NCBI GenBank assembly: GCA_052033375.1
Contig: JBPOJQ010000006.1
Coordinates: forward strand, 24,791 to 88,790
Origin: Candidatus Magasanikiibacteriota bacterium
GTDB lineage: Bacteria; Patescibacteriota; Patescibacteriia; Magasanikbacterales; UBA922
Direction of reading: 5' to 3'
DNA: 64,000 nucleotides
Shown here: positions 9,933 to 19,279 of the stretch, piece after piece
Layout: every line of letters starts with the position of its first letter
Position numbering within the stretch: the first letter of the stretch is position 1
Notes under the pieces: generated by a model
The model's database searches: none
Told to the model about the DNA's origin: nothing
What the model saw: only the letters and a program-made list of their open reading frames with translations
Program-made: the position numbers and the translations under genes

Positions 9933-10304
9933 TTATATAAGTGATTCTTGAGATGCTCTGAAGACAAGTAACGCACATTTTTCACGATTAATCCCTACAT
10001 CAATTCCAAGTAAATTGAGTACTTCAGCATCAGTTATTTTCTCAACCTCATCCAAACTTTTTCCTTTAATATACTCAGTAAATAATGATGCAGAGGCTTG
10101 CGAAATAGCGCATCCAGCACCTTCAAATCCGATATCAATAATTTTCTCTCCATCAGTTTTTACATAAACCGTTAATTCATCACCACACGTCGGATTATTC
10201 TTGTGCGCAGTATGTGTTGCATCCAAAACTTTCTTCTTATTCTTCGGATTGCGATACAGATCCAGAATATACTCTTTGTAAATTGTTTCCATTTCATGAT
10301 CCAT
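9933..10304 (-). CDS. sufU: SufU/IscU-type Fe-S cluster scaffold (NifU N-terminal domain)
   Basis: PTCGDELTVYV ... GAGCAISQASASL ... conserved cysteines. It is 4 nt from the sufS stop. Confidence 0.8.
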   Translation of the reverse strand: MDHEMETIYKEYILDLYRNPKNKKKVLDATHTAHKNNPTCGDELTVYVKTDGEKIIDIGFEGAGCAISQASASLFTEYIKGKSLDEVEKITDAEVLNLLGIDVGINREKCALLVFRASQESLI

Positions 10305-10305
10305 A

Positions 10306-11508
10306 TTATTTCTGAAATACATTAACCAAATCAGAGAGTGCAATATCCAGTCGCTGAATATCTTCTTCATTCGTATACAGGCCAATTGAAACGCGTGCAG
10401 TTCCCTGTGGCATACCCAACACGTTTACAAGCGGCATCGTACAGTGATGACCAGCACGAATCGCAATATTTTTTTCATTCAAAAATCCGGCGATATCATG
10501 TGGATGAATCCCTTCAATTGCAAACGATACAACTCCAATTCTTTTACCCAACTCATTCGTACCGATTATTTTTCCATATTTTGATACAACCTCAACAAGC
10601 TCTTTAGTTAAATTTTTCTCATGCTCTACAACAACATCCCAATCAATACCAGTAATGAATTTCAAAGCAGCTCCAAGTCCAATCACACCTGCAATATTCG
10701 GCGTACCCGCTTCAAACCTACGAGGAATTTCTGCCCACGTGGTTTTTTCATAACTAACCGTATCAATCATGTCTCCACCAAAACTTGCAGGGCTCAGCTT
10801 TTCCAATGCAGTAGTCTTGCCATAGACAATTCCAATGCCAGTTGGCCCATACATTTTGTGTCCTGAACATACCAAGAAATCACAATCCAATTTTTTCACA
10901 TCAATCTGTATGTGAGACACAGACTGTGCAGCATCAACAATGACGAATGCACCGACTCCATGAGCAAGTTTTGTAATCTTTTCAATCGGTAAAATAGTCC
11001 CAAGCGTATTTGATACATGTGCAACGCTCACGATTTTTACCCGCTTATCAAAATATTTTTCCAAATCAGCGTCTAGTTCAAATGTTTCGTTATTTACAGA
11101 CATAAATTGCAACTGGGCTCCAGTTCGTTTTGCAAGTTCTTGCCAAGGAATCAGATTTGCATGATGTTCAAATTCGGTCAACAAAATTACATCGTCTTTT
11201 GAAATGAGATGCTCAAGTCCATATGCAAGCTTATTGATCCCATCCGTAGTGCCTGAAGTAAAAAATATTTCTTTTTCTTCAGCGCCAAAAAATTGAGCCG
11301 TTTGTTTTCGAACTCCCTCATACATTTCACTCGCCTTTTCACTATCAGAATACACACCGCGATGAATATTTGATCGATACTGTGTATAATATTTGTTCAT
11401 TGCATCAAGGACACTATCTGGCGTAAGCGAACTTGCGGCGCTATCAAAATACACGTAGTCAGGACGGTTTTTGAGAATGTTAAATTGTGGGCGTATCTTT
11501 TCATTCAT
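10306..11508 (-). CDS. sufS: cysteine desulfurase SufS (class V aminotransferase)
   Basis: 400 aa. Lys in the SGHKMYGPTG motif (PLP site). C-terminal HHCTMPL with the catalytic Cys. Confidence 0.9.
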   Translation of the reverse strand: MNEKIRPQFNILKNRPDYVYFDSAASSLTPDSVLDAMNKYYTQYRSNIHRGVYSDSEKASEMYEGVRKQTAQFFGAEEKEIFFTSGTTDGINKLAYGLEHLISKDDVILLTEFEHHANLIPWQELAKRTGAQLQFMSVNNETFELDADLEKYFDKRVKIVSVAHVSNTLGTILPIEKITKLAHGVGAFVIVDAAQSVSHIQIDVKKLDCDFLVCSGHKMYGPTGIGIVYGKTTALEKLSPASFGGDMIDTVSYEKTTWAEIPRRFEAGTPNIAGVIGLGAALKFITGIDWDVVVEHEKNLTKELVEVVSKYGKIIGTNELGKRIGVVSFAIEGIHPHDIAGFLNEKNIAIRAGHHCTMPLVNVLGMPQGTARVSIGLYTNEEDIQRLDIALSDLVNVFQK

Positions 11509-11509
11509 A

Positions 11510-12565
11510 TTAGACAGCTAGATTTCGATGCATTCTTTCTTGCAATGTTATGTGTGCATTTTCATCAGAAATAGCATCCAGACAAGGAGATACATGTCCG
11601 TCTACAAAAAGCTGTGCAGCATTCTTCTCACTAATTCCCCTACTCTGTGCGTAGAATAATTTTTCTCGATCAATATGTGCAGTAGTGACTCCATGCGAAC
11701 ACTTCACATCACTATTTTCAATTTCAAGATTAGGCACTGCATTCACCTCAGCACTATTAGACAATACCAAACTATCTTCTTTCTGATATCCTGTACATCC
11801 TACAGACTTCTCATCAATATGGATAAGCCCCTGATACAATGCTTTTGCTTTGCCATTCAATACACCTTTGGTAAGCATATCAGACGTCGTGTGTGACGCG
11901 AGATGGTACATGGAATGGTACATATCAACTACAGTACTGCCTGCAAGCGCAAATATTCCCTTTACTTCAGCTCGACTCCCAGGTTCGTATAAATATGTTC
12001 TAATGTGAGACTGAATCAATTCCCCCTCAATAGTGCCTTCCATCCATTTAATCAATGAATTTTCTTGCAAATACGCATTTCGGAGTACTGTTCGCATACT
12101 TGTATGTTCAGGGTGAGCCACAAACGTAACCTCAGCACCTTTTCCTACAATAATATCAAGCGTATATCCGAGATAAGCACTTCCCGTAATCGATTCAGCA
12201 AGAATAACTTTTGCTCCATCTTCAATAGCAATAACCACATGAGTTCGTGAAGAATTCTGTATGTCTAACAAAAGAGTGTGAGTAGTCAACGTGTTTGTGT
12301 TTTTAACAGTAAAATAAAATTCATCAGTAGGCTGTGTATGTACTAAATTAAAAAGTGGAAAATCGAAGAGATGCTTACTTACAATTGAGCTAAGTTTTTC
12401 ATTTTTTTCTAAAATCGATTGAAGCGTGTTCTTATCACCAACTTCAGAATTTGAAAGTGAAACCACGCTCGATGATGCTTCGAATTTGAGCGTATCATAA
12501 GCCAGTGGCTCAAAATTCATGAGCATTCCTATACCATAGTGAATTGTATAGGGAGTTGATTTCAT
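11510..12565 (-). CDS. sufD: Fe-S cluster assembly protein SufD
   Basis: 351 aa SufBD-family beta-helix C-terminal region. It lies downstream of sufB. Confidence 0.8.
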   Translation of the reverse strand: MKSTPYTIHYGIGMLMNFEPLAYDTLKFEASSSVVSLSNSEVGDKNTLQSILEKNEKLSSIVSKHLFDFPLFNLVHTQPTDEFYFTVKNTNTLTTHTLLLDIQNSSRTHVVIAIEDGAKVILAESITGSAYLGYTLDIIVGKGAEVTFVAHPEHTSMRTVLRNAYLQENSLIKWMEGTIEGELIQSHIRTYLYEPGSRAEVKGIFALAGSTVVDMYHSMYHLASHTTSDMLTKGVLNGKAKALYQGLIHIDEKSVGCTGYQKEDSLVLSNSAEVNAVPNLEIENSDVKCSHGVTTAHIDREKLFYAQSRGISEKNAAQLFVDGHVSPCLDAISDENAHITLQERMHRNLAV

Positions 12566-12635
12566 AATTGACTTTTGTATAAATAATGTTAGTATCTGAT
12601 GAATCGGACGCCTCCACCGTCCGGAAGGAGAAAAA

Positions 12636-12821
12636 ATGACCAGGCGGAGACAAGAGGACCGACGTCGAAGGAGAAAGGCAGGTCGTCATGGTGTCGCGAT
12701 GTTGGATTTTCTCATGAAGATGGAAATCATCTCGAACTGCCTCGGAGAAAACGAACAAGTAGTAGAAGGGTCAGAGGAGGAGAATGGAGAGGAGGATCCT
12801 GCGGACGGCGAGAACGAGTAG
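12636..12821 (+). CDS. hypothetical 61-aa protein encoded in a GC-rich insert, antisense to the suf operon (Arg-rich N-terminus, hydrophobic core, acidic C-terminus)
   Basis: Textbook RBS ccggAAGGAGaaaaaATG. GC content is visibly far above the surrounding genes. Coding status is unproven. Confidence 0.3.
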   Translation: MTRRRQEDRRRRRKAGRHGVAMLDFLMKMEIISNCLGENEQVVEGSEEENGEEDPADGENE

Positions 12822-12929
12822 TCTCGCACCGTGTAGATGCCACGCGCTGCGCCAGACAAGTCTCCCACTCGGGATCGACGACTCTGGTGTGGCGCTTCTT
12901 AATTTTAAAATAATGTTACATACATTTGT

Positions 12930-14336
12930 TTACCCCACACTCCCTTCCATCTCAAGCTCAATAAGTTTATTCAACTCAAGCGCATATTCCAGCGGAAGTG
13001 ATTTAATTACTGGCTCAATAAAACCCGAAACTACCAAATTCATTGCAGCTTCTTCTGAAAGCCCACGTGATTGCAAATAAAAAATCTCATCATCACCTAT
13101 TTTTCCCACCCGCGCCTCATGCGCAATATCAGTCGTACTATTATTAATCTTCATGTACGGATACGTATTGGAAATTGCATCGTCCCCAATCAGAAGCGCA
13201 TCACACTCGACAGATACTTTTGAGCGCTCGGCACCTTTAGCAACTTTTACCAATCCTCGATATGAGGTGATTCCTCCATTAACTGAAATGGACTTTGCTT
13301 TAATGGTAGATTTCGTATCCGGTGCCACGTGAATTGCCTTGGCACCCGTATCCTGATTCTGTCCTGGACCCGCAAACGCAACTCCGAGACTGTCAGACCG
13401 TGCTCCACGTCCACGAAGAACAGATGATGGATAGAGCATAGTTGTGCCTGATCCCATATTTCCATTCACCCATTCAATTACCGCTTCTTCGTCGACAAGC
13501 GCACGCTTCGTATTAAGATTATAGGTATTCTTTGACCAATTCTCGATTGATGAATACCGGCATCGACCACCTTTTTTTACGAATATCTCTACTCCACCTG
13601 CATGAAGTGAATTAGCATTGTATCGTGGCGCTGAACATCCTTCGATATAGTGAAGCTCTGCACCCTCATCAACAATAATCAGCGTATGTTCGAATTGCCC
13701 ACCTTTTTCTGCGTTCATTCTGAAATAGGCTTGCAATGGCAACTCAACTTTCACATTCTTTGGTACATAAATAAACGTACCACCAGACCATACCGCCGCA
13801 TGAAGCATAATAAATTTATGGTCATTGATCGGAATACATTGTGTCATGAAATATTCCTTCACCAAATCAGGATATTGCTGTACTGCCACATCCATATTTT
13901 CAAAAATCACACCCTTCGCTTTGAGGTCATCCTTGATCTTGTGATATACCACATCACTGTCATATTGTGCCCCGGCTCCCCCCAGTGCTGTTCGTTCAGC
14001 CTCTGGAATTCCCAATTTTTCAAATGTTTTCTTGATATCCTCTGGTACCTCTTTCCAATCAGAAGATTCTTTCGCATCCGGACGAATAAAATAGACAATC
14101 TCATCGAGATTTAATTTCGATAAATCAGGCCCCCAGGTAGGAACTGTTGTTTGTTTAAAAAACTCAAATGCCTTGAGCCGTTTTTCAAGCATCCAACTCG
14201 GTTCTTTTTTCTGCTCTGAAATTTCACGAATAATATTTTCACTGAATCCTGGCGCAGTCTTAAAAACAGACCGGTCAGCATTTGCTGAGTCATACAAACT
14301 TCTATCTATCTCAATTATTTGTGGAGCCTTAGACAT
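12930..14336 (-). CDS. sufB: Fe-S cluster assembly protein SufB
   Basis: 468 aa. Conserved SufB C-terminal half: GGVEIFVKKGGRCRY ... DTGAKAIHVAPDTKSTI. Confidence 0.9.
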   Translation of the reverse strand: MSKAPQIIEIDRSLYDSANADRSVFKTAPGFSENIIREISEQKKEPSWMLEKRLKAFEFFKQTTVPTWGPDLSKLNLDEIVYFIRPDAKESSDWKEVPEDIKKTFEKLGIPEAERTALGGAGAQYDSDVVYHKIKDDLKAKGVIFENMDVAVQQYPDLVKEYFMTQCIPINDHKFIMLHAAVWSGGTFIYVPKNVKVELPLQAYFRMNAEKGGQFEHTLIIVDEGAELHYIEGCSAPRYNANSLHAGGVEIFVKKGGRCRYSSIENWSKNTYNLNTKRALVDEEAVIEWVNGNMGSGTTMLYPSSVLRGRGARSDSLGVAFAGPGQNQDTGAKAIHVAPDTKSTIKAKSISVNGGITSYRGLVKVAKGAERSKVSVECDALLIGDDAISNTYPYMKINNSTTDIAHEARVGKIGDDEIFYLQSRGLSEEAAMNLVVSGFIEPVIKSLPLEYALELNKLIELEMEGSVG

Positions 14337-14432
14337 ATAGTTTAGATTGACCTGAAAAGCCCAAAATGCTTAAAAGGCTGGAAAGGTTTTAAAGCCTCTT
14401 AGACCTCTCGGGCATTTCAAGACTTTTGAGCT

Positions 14433-15617
14433 TTATAGCTGCATTTTTTTCACTTTCTCCACAATCGTTGGCAACACCTCCAACACACGCTGAATCTCAC
14501 CATCAGTCGTATGTTTCCCCAGAGTAAATCGAATTGCGCTATTTTTTCTCCCCGTATCATACCCACATGCTTCCAACACATGCGAACCCGATCGAGAATC
14601 CTCTGCACACGCAGAACCAGTGCTTACGCAAATTCCCTGTGCATCGAGATATAGAACCAGCGCTTCTCCAGGAACGCCAATAAATGAAACATTAAGATTG
14701 TTTGGTAGACGTCTCACATCAGTAATTTCAGGACCATTCAAAAAAACACCGGGGACACGCTCCTTAATTCCATTCCACAGACGATCACGGAGTGTTTGTA
14801 TTTTTGTATAATATAAACCAGGGGAAACGCGGGTGATTGCTTCAGTCATGCCGACCACCATGGACATATCTATGGTTCCACTTCTTCTACCTTGCTGTTG
14901 TCCACCACCTACAATCAAGGGATCTAATTCGACCCCACGACGGACATACAAAATTCCCGAAGATTTCGGTCCATACAACTTTCCACCGTTACACGACAAC
15001 AAATCAACGTGTAATTTTTCGACTGATAATTCGAGATATAATACGCTCTGACATGCATCAACATGTATCAGTGGGTACTGCGTCTTTTCTTTTTTTCGAT
15101 ATTTCAAAATTTCACGCCCAATATCTGCAACTGGCTGCACCGAACCGATTTCATTATTAGCATGCATGATTGATATGAGAATAGTATCCGGACGAACTGC
15201 CTGCATTACATCTTCCACACGGACCAATCCATATTCGTCCACTGGCAGATAGGTAATCTCATAGCCATATTTTTCAAGTGTGCGAACTGACTCGAGTACT
15301 GCGCTGTGTTCAATTCGAGTCGTAATAATATGTTTTCCATGTTTTCCATGACTTCGTGCAACACCGAGTATGGCCGTATTGACAGATTCACTCCCACCAC
15401 TTACATACGTAATCGTATCAGAAGTAGTGCAAAAAAAATCAGCAACTCGCCGAGTACACTCAACATATGTTTCTAGCAATTTTTTTGATGATTGATACAA
15501 TGAAGAAGGATTAGTAAATGCATCAGAAAAATATGGTTTCATCGATAAAAACACCTCATGATCGACAGGCGTAGCAGCTGCATAGTCGAGATATATTGTA
15601 TTTTTTTTGCCAAACAT
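14433..15617 (-). CDS. cysteine desulfurase (NifS/IscS family)
   Basis: ILISIMHANNEIGSVQP ... SCNGGKLYGPKSSG ... SAIRFTLG. The start is taken at MFGKKNTIYLD; the ORF extends to 15773. Confidence 0.85.
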   Translation of the reverse strand: MFGKKNTIYLDYAAATPVDHEVFLSMKPYFSDAFTNPSSLYQSSKKLLETYVECTRRVADFFCTTSDTITYVSGGSESVNTAILGVARSHGKHGKHIITTRIEHSAVLESVRTLEKYGYEITYLPVDEYGLVRVEDVMQAVRPDTILISIMHANNEIGSVQPVADIGREILKYRKKEKTQYPLIHVDACQSVLYLELSVEKLHVDLLSCNGGKLYGPKSSGILYVRRGVELDPLIVGGGQQQGRRSGTIDMSMVVGMTEAITRVSPGLYYTKIQTLRDRLWNGIKERVPGVFLNGPEITDVRRLPNNLNVSFIGVPGEALVLYLDAQGICVSTGSACAEDSRSGSHVLEACGYDTGRKNSAIRFTLGKHTTDGEIQRVLEVLPTIVEKVKKMQL

Positions 15618-15618
15618 A

Positions 15619-16014
15619 TTAATGTGAAGAAACCAAAAATCGAGACCCAAGTAAATCAGCAATTTCTGCCTCCACAGAACGAAGTCGATGTTTTGCTGTA
15701 CATACCATTTCAAGTCCGCATTTCCCCCCTTTGGTGCATCCAAGGACAGAAAATGGCCCCTGTACCGCCTCAATCACTTCTCGAAAAGAAATACGCGAAG
15801 CTGGTTTGAGTAGTCGATACCCCCCATTGATTCCACGCACTGATTCAATCAGACCCGCTTCACGCAATGACTTAGCAATGCGTTGTAGAAAGAGAAACGA
15901 TATGGTACTCTGTTTAGAAAATGCACCCAAACTCAATAATTCACCTTCCGTAAGCTTGGAAAGCGCAATAATGAGTTCGACTGCGTAATCTGTCTGTTTA
16001 CCTATCGAAAACAT
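15619..16014 (-). CDS. Rrf2 family transcriptional regulator (IscR-like, Cx5Cx5C cluster-ligand spacing)
   Basis: N-terminal wHTH (MFSIGKQTDYAVELI...) and CTKGGKCGLEMVCTAKH, which resembles the IscR C92/C98/C104/H107 ligands. It is the first gene of the suf string. Confidence 0.8.
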   Translation of the reverse strand: MFSIGKQTDYAVELIIALSKLTEGELLSLGAFSKQSTISFLFLQRIAKSLREAGLIESVRGINGGYRLLKPASRISFREVIEAVQGPFSVLGCTKGGKCGLEMVCTAKHRLRSVEAEIADLLGSRFLVSSH

Positions 16015-16047
16015 AGCGTATTATTGCAAAATTCATACTTCTACAGT

Positions 16048-16076
16048 ATGATATATGAATTGCACCTAACTGTCAA
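16048..16076 (-). promoter_or_regulatory. sigma70-like promoter for the iscR-suf operon (TTGACA-17-TATCAT on minus strand)
   Basis: Minus-strand reading aatggTTGACAgttaggtgcaattcataTATCATactg. A 6-bp inverted repeat CATACT-N5-AGTATG overlaps the -10 (candidate operator). Confidence 0.4.
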
Positions 16077-16081
16077 CCATT

Positions 16082-16765
16082 ATGGAGAGCTACAAAACCA
16101 AACTTCTTGAAAAGAAAAAAATCGCCGATGCCATCATTGAAATGCGTTTTGCGAAGCCAAAAAATTTCAACTTTCAAGCAGGACAATTTATCCAAATTGA
16201 GGTTCCGCAACCCAATAAAACAATCTTTCGTTCCTATTCATTATCTTCTGCACCTCAAGACGAATATTTTGAACTTTGTGTAAAACTCTATGAGACCGGA
16301 CTCGCGTCTCATCTATTCAATACCCTAAATATTGGAGAAGAAATATCATTCAAAGGTCCGGTAGGCAGATTTGTATTACACTCACAGGATGCTGAGGTAC
16401 ACTTTATTGCAACAGGCGTAGGGCTCGCCCCAATCATGGGTATTATTCGTGATGAATTATTATACAAAAAAAATACCCACAATATGCATCTCATTTTTGG
16501 TGTTCGTCATGAAAAAGATATTTTTTGGACTACTGAGCTCGATCAACTTCAACAAATGCATCCCAATTTTACCTACTCCCTTACATTATCTCAGCCAGAT
16601 AAATCATGGACTGGATTGCGTGGCCGAGTAACAGAACATATTCCTGAAAATACCTCCACCATGGATGCATTCCTTTGCGGAAGCGCCGACATGGTACAGA
16701 CAGTTCGAGATATATTAAGAAATCGAGGCACTGATCCAAAACATATTCATTTTGAAATATTTTAA
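16082..16765 (+). CDS. ferredoxin-NADP reductase-type FAD/NAD(P)-binding oxidoreductase
   Basis: FQAGQFIQI ... RSYSLSS (RxYS FAD motif) ... GTGVGLAPIMG (NAD(P) motif). Length is 227 aa. Confidence 0.75.
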   Translation: MESYKTKLLEKKKIADAIIEMRFAKPKNFNFQAGQFIQIEVPQPNKTIFRSYSLSSAPQDEYFELCVKLYETGLASHLFNTLNIGEEISFKGPVGRFVLHSQDAEVHFIATGVGLAPIMGIIRDELLYKKNTHNMHLIFGVRHEKDIFWTTELDQLQQMHPNFTYSLTLSQPDKSWTGLRGRVTEHIPENTSTMDAFLCGSADMVQTVRDILRNRGTDPKHIHFEIF

Positions 16766-16766
16766 A

Positions 16767-16795
16767 AATCCTCCTATATGGAGGATTTTTATTTG
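16767..16795 (+). terminator. intrinsic terminator (AATCCTCC-tatat-GGAGGATT + T-run)
   Basis: Seen in the sequence directly after the stop of the oxidoreductase gene. Confidence 0.65.
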
Positions 16796-16822
16796 CACGT
16801 TGTAAATATCCCTTATAAATTT

Positions 16823-17407
16823 CTAAAATGGTAACGTCAAGTTTACTCCACCCTGTACAGCACCCTGACCCACAACAGCCTTTGGTTTGGGATCAAAATT
16901 CACAGGAAATGGTTGAATTTCTCCGGTGAGAGTTGGGAAATAAAGCATCTTATTTTTTCGACCAAAGTCATACAATTCCTTGGTAACTTTTACATCCTGC
17001 TCACAATATTTTTTAATCAAATCTATTTTTCCTTCCTTATACCACTCCATAGCCTGGAGCCCATCAGCACTTTTCTCAATTTGCAATGTTGCTTTTGCAA
17101 GATCATTCAATTTGAAGCGTTTTCCTGCAGAATCTTTGACCACTTTCAATAAATCGAGGTGCGGGAATTGTGAAATATTCCCTGCATAGTATTTTTTCAA
17201 TACTGCCAAATCAAATGATTCGCTATTGAATCCAATCAATCGCTCAGCTTTCTCAAAAATAGTCCACAGAGATCCAAGCTCGTGTTCATCAAACGAGCGA
17301 TATGAATCAGTCTCGTACTCATATACGGAGACCACCGTAACTTTCAATGAATCGAAATCTCGAATATCGCCAATTGTTTCGATATCAAACACTACTTCTC
17401 GTGACAT
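16823..17407 (-). CDS. DEDD-family 3'-5' exonuclease domain protein
   Basis: MSREVVFDIETIGD gives an Exo motif I with DxE. Length is 194 aa. Confidence 0.5.
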   Translation of the reverse strand: MSREVVFDIETIGDIRDFDSLKVTVVSVYEYETDSYRSFDEHELGSLWTIFEKAERLIGFNSESFDLAVLKKYYAGNISQFPHLDLLKVVKDSAGKRFKLNDLAKATLQIEKSADGLQAMEWYKEGKIDLIKKYCEQDVKVTKELYDFGRKNKMLYFPTLTGEIQPFPVNFDPKPKAVVGQGAVQGGVNLTLPF

Positions 17408-17413
17408 AGAATA

Positions 17414-17767
17414 TTACTGTTTCTTAAATTTGACTGAAAAAACTGGTTCGTAATTATTCTTATATTCATCAGAGAGTTCGAATGTTTCGCCTTTCATCAT
17501 CTTCGTCAGCGCCATATCATTCAACATTTCAGTATCAGATTCAATATCAATTTTCAAATCATCAAGTTTCTGCATTTCTCCTGAAAATCCTTCTTTAATC
17601 GCTGTCTCTACGCGTTTCTTATTTTCACGAAGGGCTTTCATTTTTTCCATCAATTCCTGATATTCACCATTTCCATCAAGTGCGTCTCTCAGCATTACTT
17701 TGATATCTTTCATTTTTTTTCGAGTCTCCTGAATACGATTGAAAATTGACTGTATGTCTTGTTCCAT
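17414..17767 (-). CDS. hypothetical coiled-coil protein
   Basis: 117 aa, charged and heptad-like. No motif recognised. Confidence 0.4.
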   Translation of the reverse strand: MEQDIQSIFNRIQETRKKMKDIKVMLRDALDGNGEYQELMEKMKALRENKKRVETAIKEGFSGEMQKLDDLKIDIESDTEMLNDMALTKMMKGETFELSDEYKNNYEPVFSVKFKKQ

Positions 17768-17911
17768 AGAATAGAATTTATGTAAGTGAAGAATAGTGTA
17801 CCATGTTGAAAAACAATGAGCAACTACTCATACATATCGCGGCTCACATAACACATACTACAACAATTCAAATTTCGTCTGATACATGGTGCGTGATATA
17901 TAAAACAATTT

Positions 17912-19126
17912 CTACAGCCTATCCTTGTATTTTGCAACCTGGTTTTCAAATCCCGACCGATGCTCTTCGTTGATCGGATCCCCTGGAGGAAACTCAACCT
18001 TAAGAGGATTCACCAGAGCCCCATTCTGTCTGATCTGATAATGGAGATGAGGTCCAGTGGAAAGTCCGGTCGATCCCACATATCCAATCACCTGTCCTTG
18101 TACGACACGGCTACCTGATTTAATACCCTTAGCAAAGGCAGATAAATGAGCATATTCAGTAGTAAACTTATCATTATGCTTAATACTGACAAAATTTCCA
18201 TATCCACCGCTATTCCAACCCGCAAATACGACCATACCATCTCCTACTGCCATAATCGGTGTACCCGCCGCAGCAGCATAATCAATCGCAAGATGTGTCG
18301 TATTCCTACCCAGTATAGGATGGAAGCGTGCTGTCGTATATCCAGACGTAATACGTTTATACTCAAGCGGTGCTCGCAAAAATGCCTTGATCATTGATTC
18401 ACCCACTTCATTAAAATATGAAGGCTTCCCTTTTTCTTGTTCATACAAAAATCCATATAACTCCTTTCCATTATTTACAAATTTCCCTGCGCGAACCAAT
18501 CCTGTACCAGCATCAACACCATTTCGTTTGCGCTTCTCATAAATCATAGAAAATGCATCTCCATGCTGTACTTGGGTAGAAAAATCAATCGTCCATGCGA
18601 ATATATCAGCAAATTGCATAATCACCGCATCGGGAATTCCAAGCGCAAGCCCCTCAAGATATAGAGACGAGGAAACAGTGCCAGTGATGACTACCTCCTC
18701 GACATCGTATTCAATCGGGATAATTTCAGTTCGTGCATCCGCAAAATAAAAACGGACGATAACATCTCTGTCTCGTTCGTAGTCCAGATATACCATGGAG
18801 CCATCTTCATCTCTTGCAAGCGTGAGCGGTTGTCCTATCTTTACCCGAGTGAAATCATACGTCGATGAAGCAGCATCAAGAATTTCAAGCATACGAGCAT
18901 AGGTAATCCCAAGTGCATCAGTTGCAATACCAAATGTATCGCCTGTAGCAATAATATGTGTCTTGAAAATAAATTGAGGTTCTGTCATCTGTCTAGAGGA
19001 AGAGGCGGTAGACGAACTACTGATGATTTTTTCACCCCGTATACTCCCTGCTTGTGAAATAAAAAAATAACTCAAGCCACCAAAGACTGAAACTAAAAAA
19101 AAGATACTAATGATTTTGAACTTCAT
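17912..19126 (-). CDS. LysM domain-containing M23 family peptidase
   Basis: N-terminal TM. LysM (TGDTFGIATDALGITYARMLEIL). M23 core (HLAIDYAAAAGTPIMAVGDG ... GSTGLSTGPHLHYQI). The ORF extends to 19180. Confidence 0.85.
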   Translation of the reverse strand: MKFKIISIFFLVSVFGGLSYFFISQAGSIRGEKIISSSSTASSSRQMTEPQFIFKTHIIATGDTFGIATDALGITYARMLEILDAASSTYDFTRVKIGQPLTLARDEDGSMVYLDYERDRDVIVRFYFADARTEIIPIEYDVEEVVITGTVSSSLYLEGLALGIPDAVIMQFADIFAWTIDFSTQVQHGDAFSMIYEKRKRNGVDAGTGLVRAGKFVNNGKELYGFLYEQEKGKPSYFNEVGESMIKAFLRAPLEYKRITSGYTTARFHPILGRNTTHLAIDYAAAAGTPIMAVGDGMVVFAGWNSGGYGNFVSIKHNDKFTTEYAHLSAFAKGIKSGSRVVQGQVIGYVGSTGLSTGPHLHYQIRQNGALVNPLKVEFPPGDPINEEHRSGFENQVAKYKDRL

Positions 19127-19279
19127 ATATGCGCACAAAAAACACCATCTCATAATATCAAAAATAAGATGCCATGTCATTACTGCTTGAAAAAATAGCT
19201 CGGTTGAGATAAGATGGCACTACATGTCATCCCAAGTGAGGGGTCACACGACGAATCGAGGGATCTCTTGATTAAAAAT

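Noticed and set aside
12599-12913. 104-aa Arg-rich ORF spanning the whole sufB-sufD insert
   Set aside because: No RBS. Its length is explained by the GC-rich composition. The nested 61-aa ORF with a perfect RBS is the only frame retained, at low confidence.
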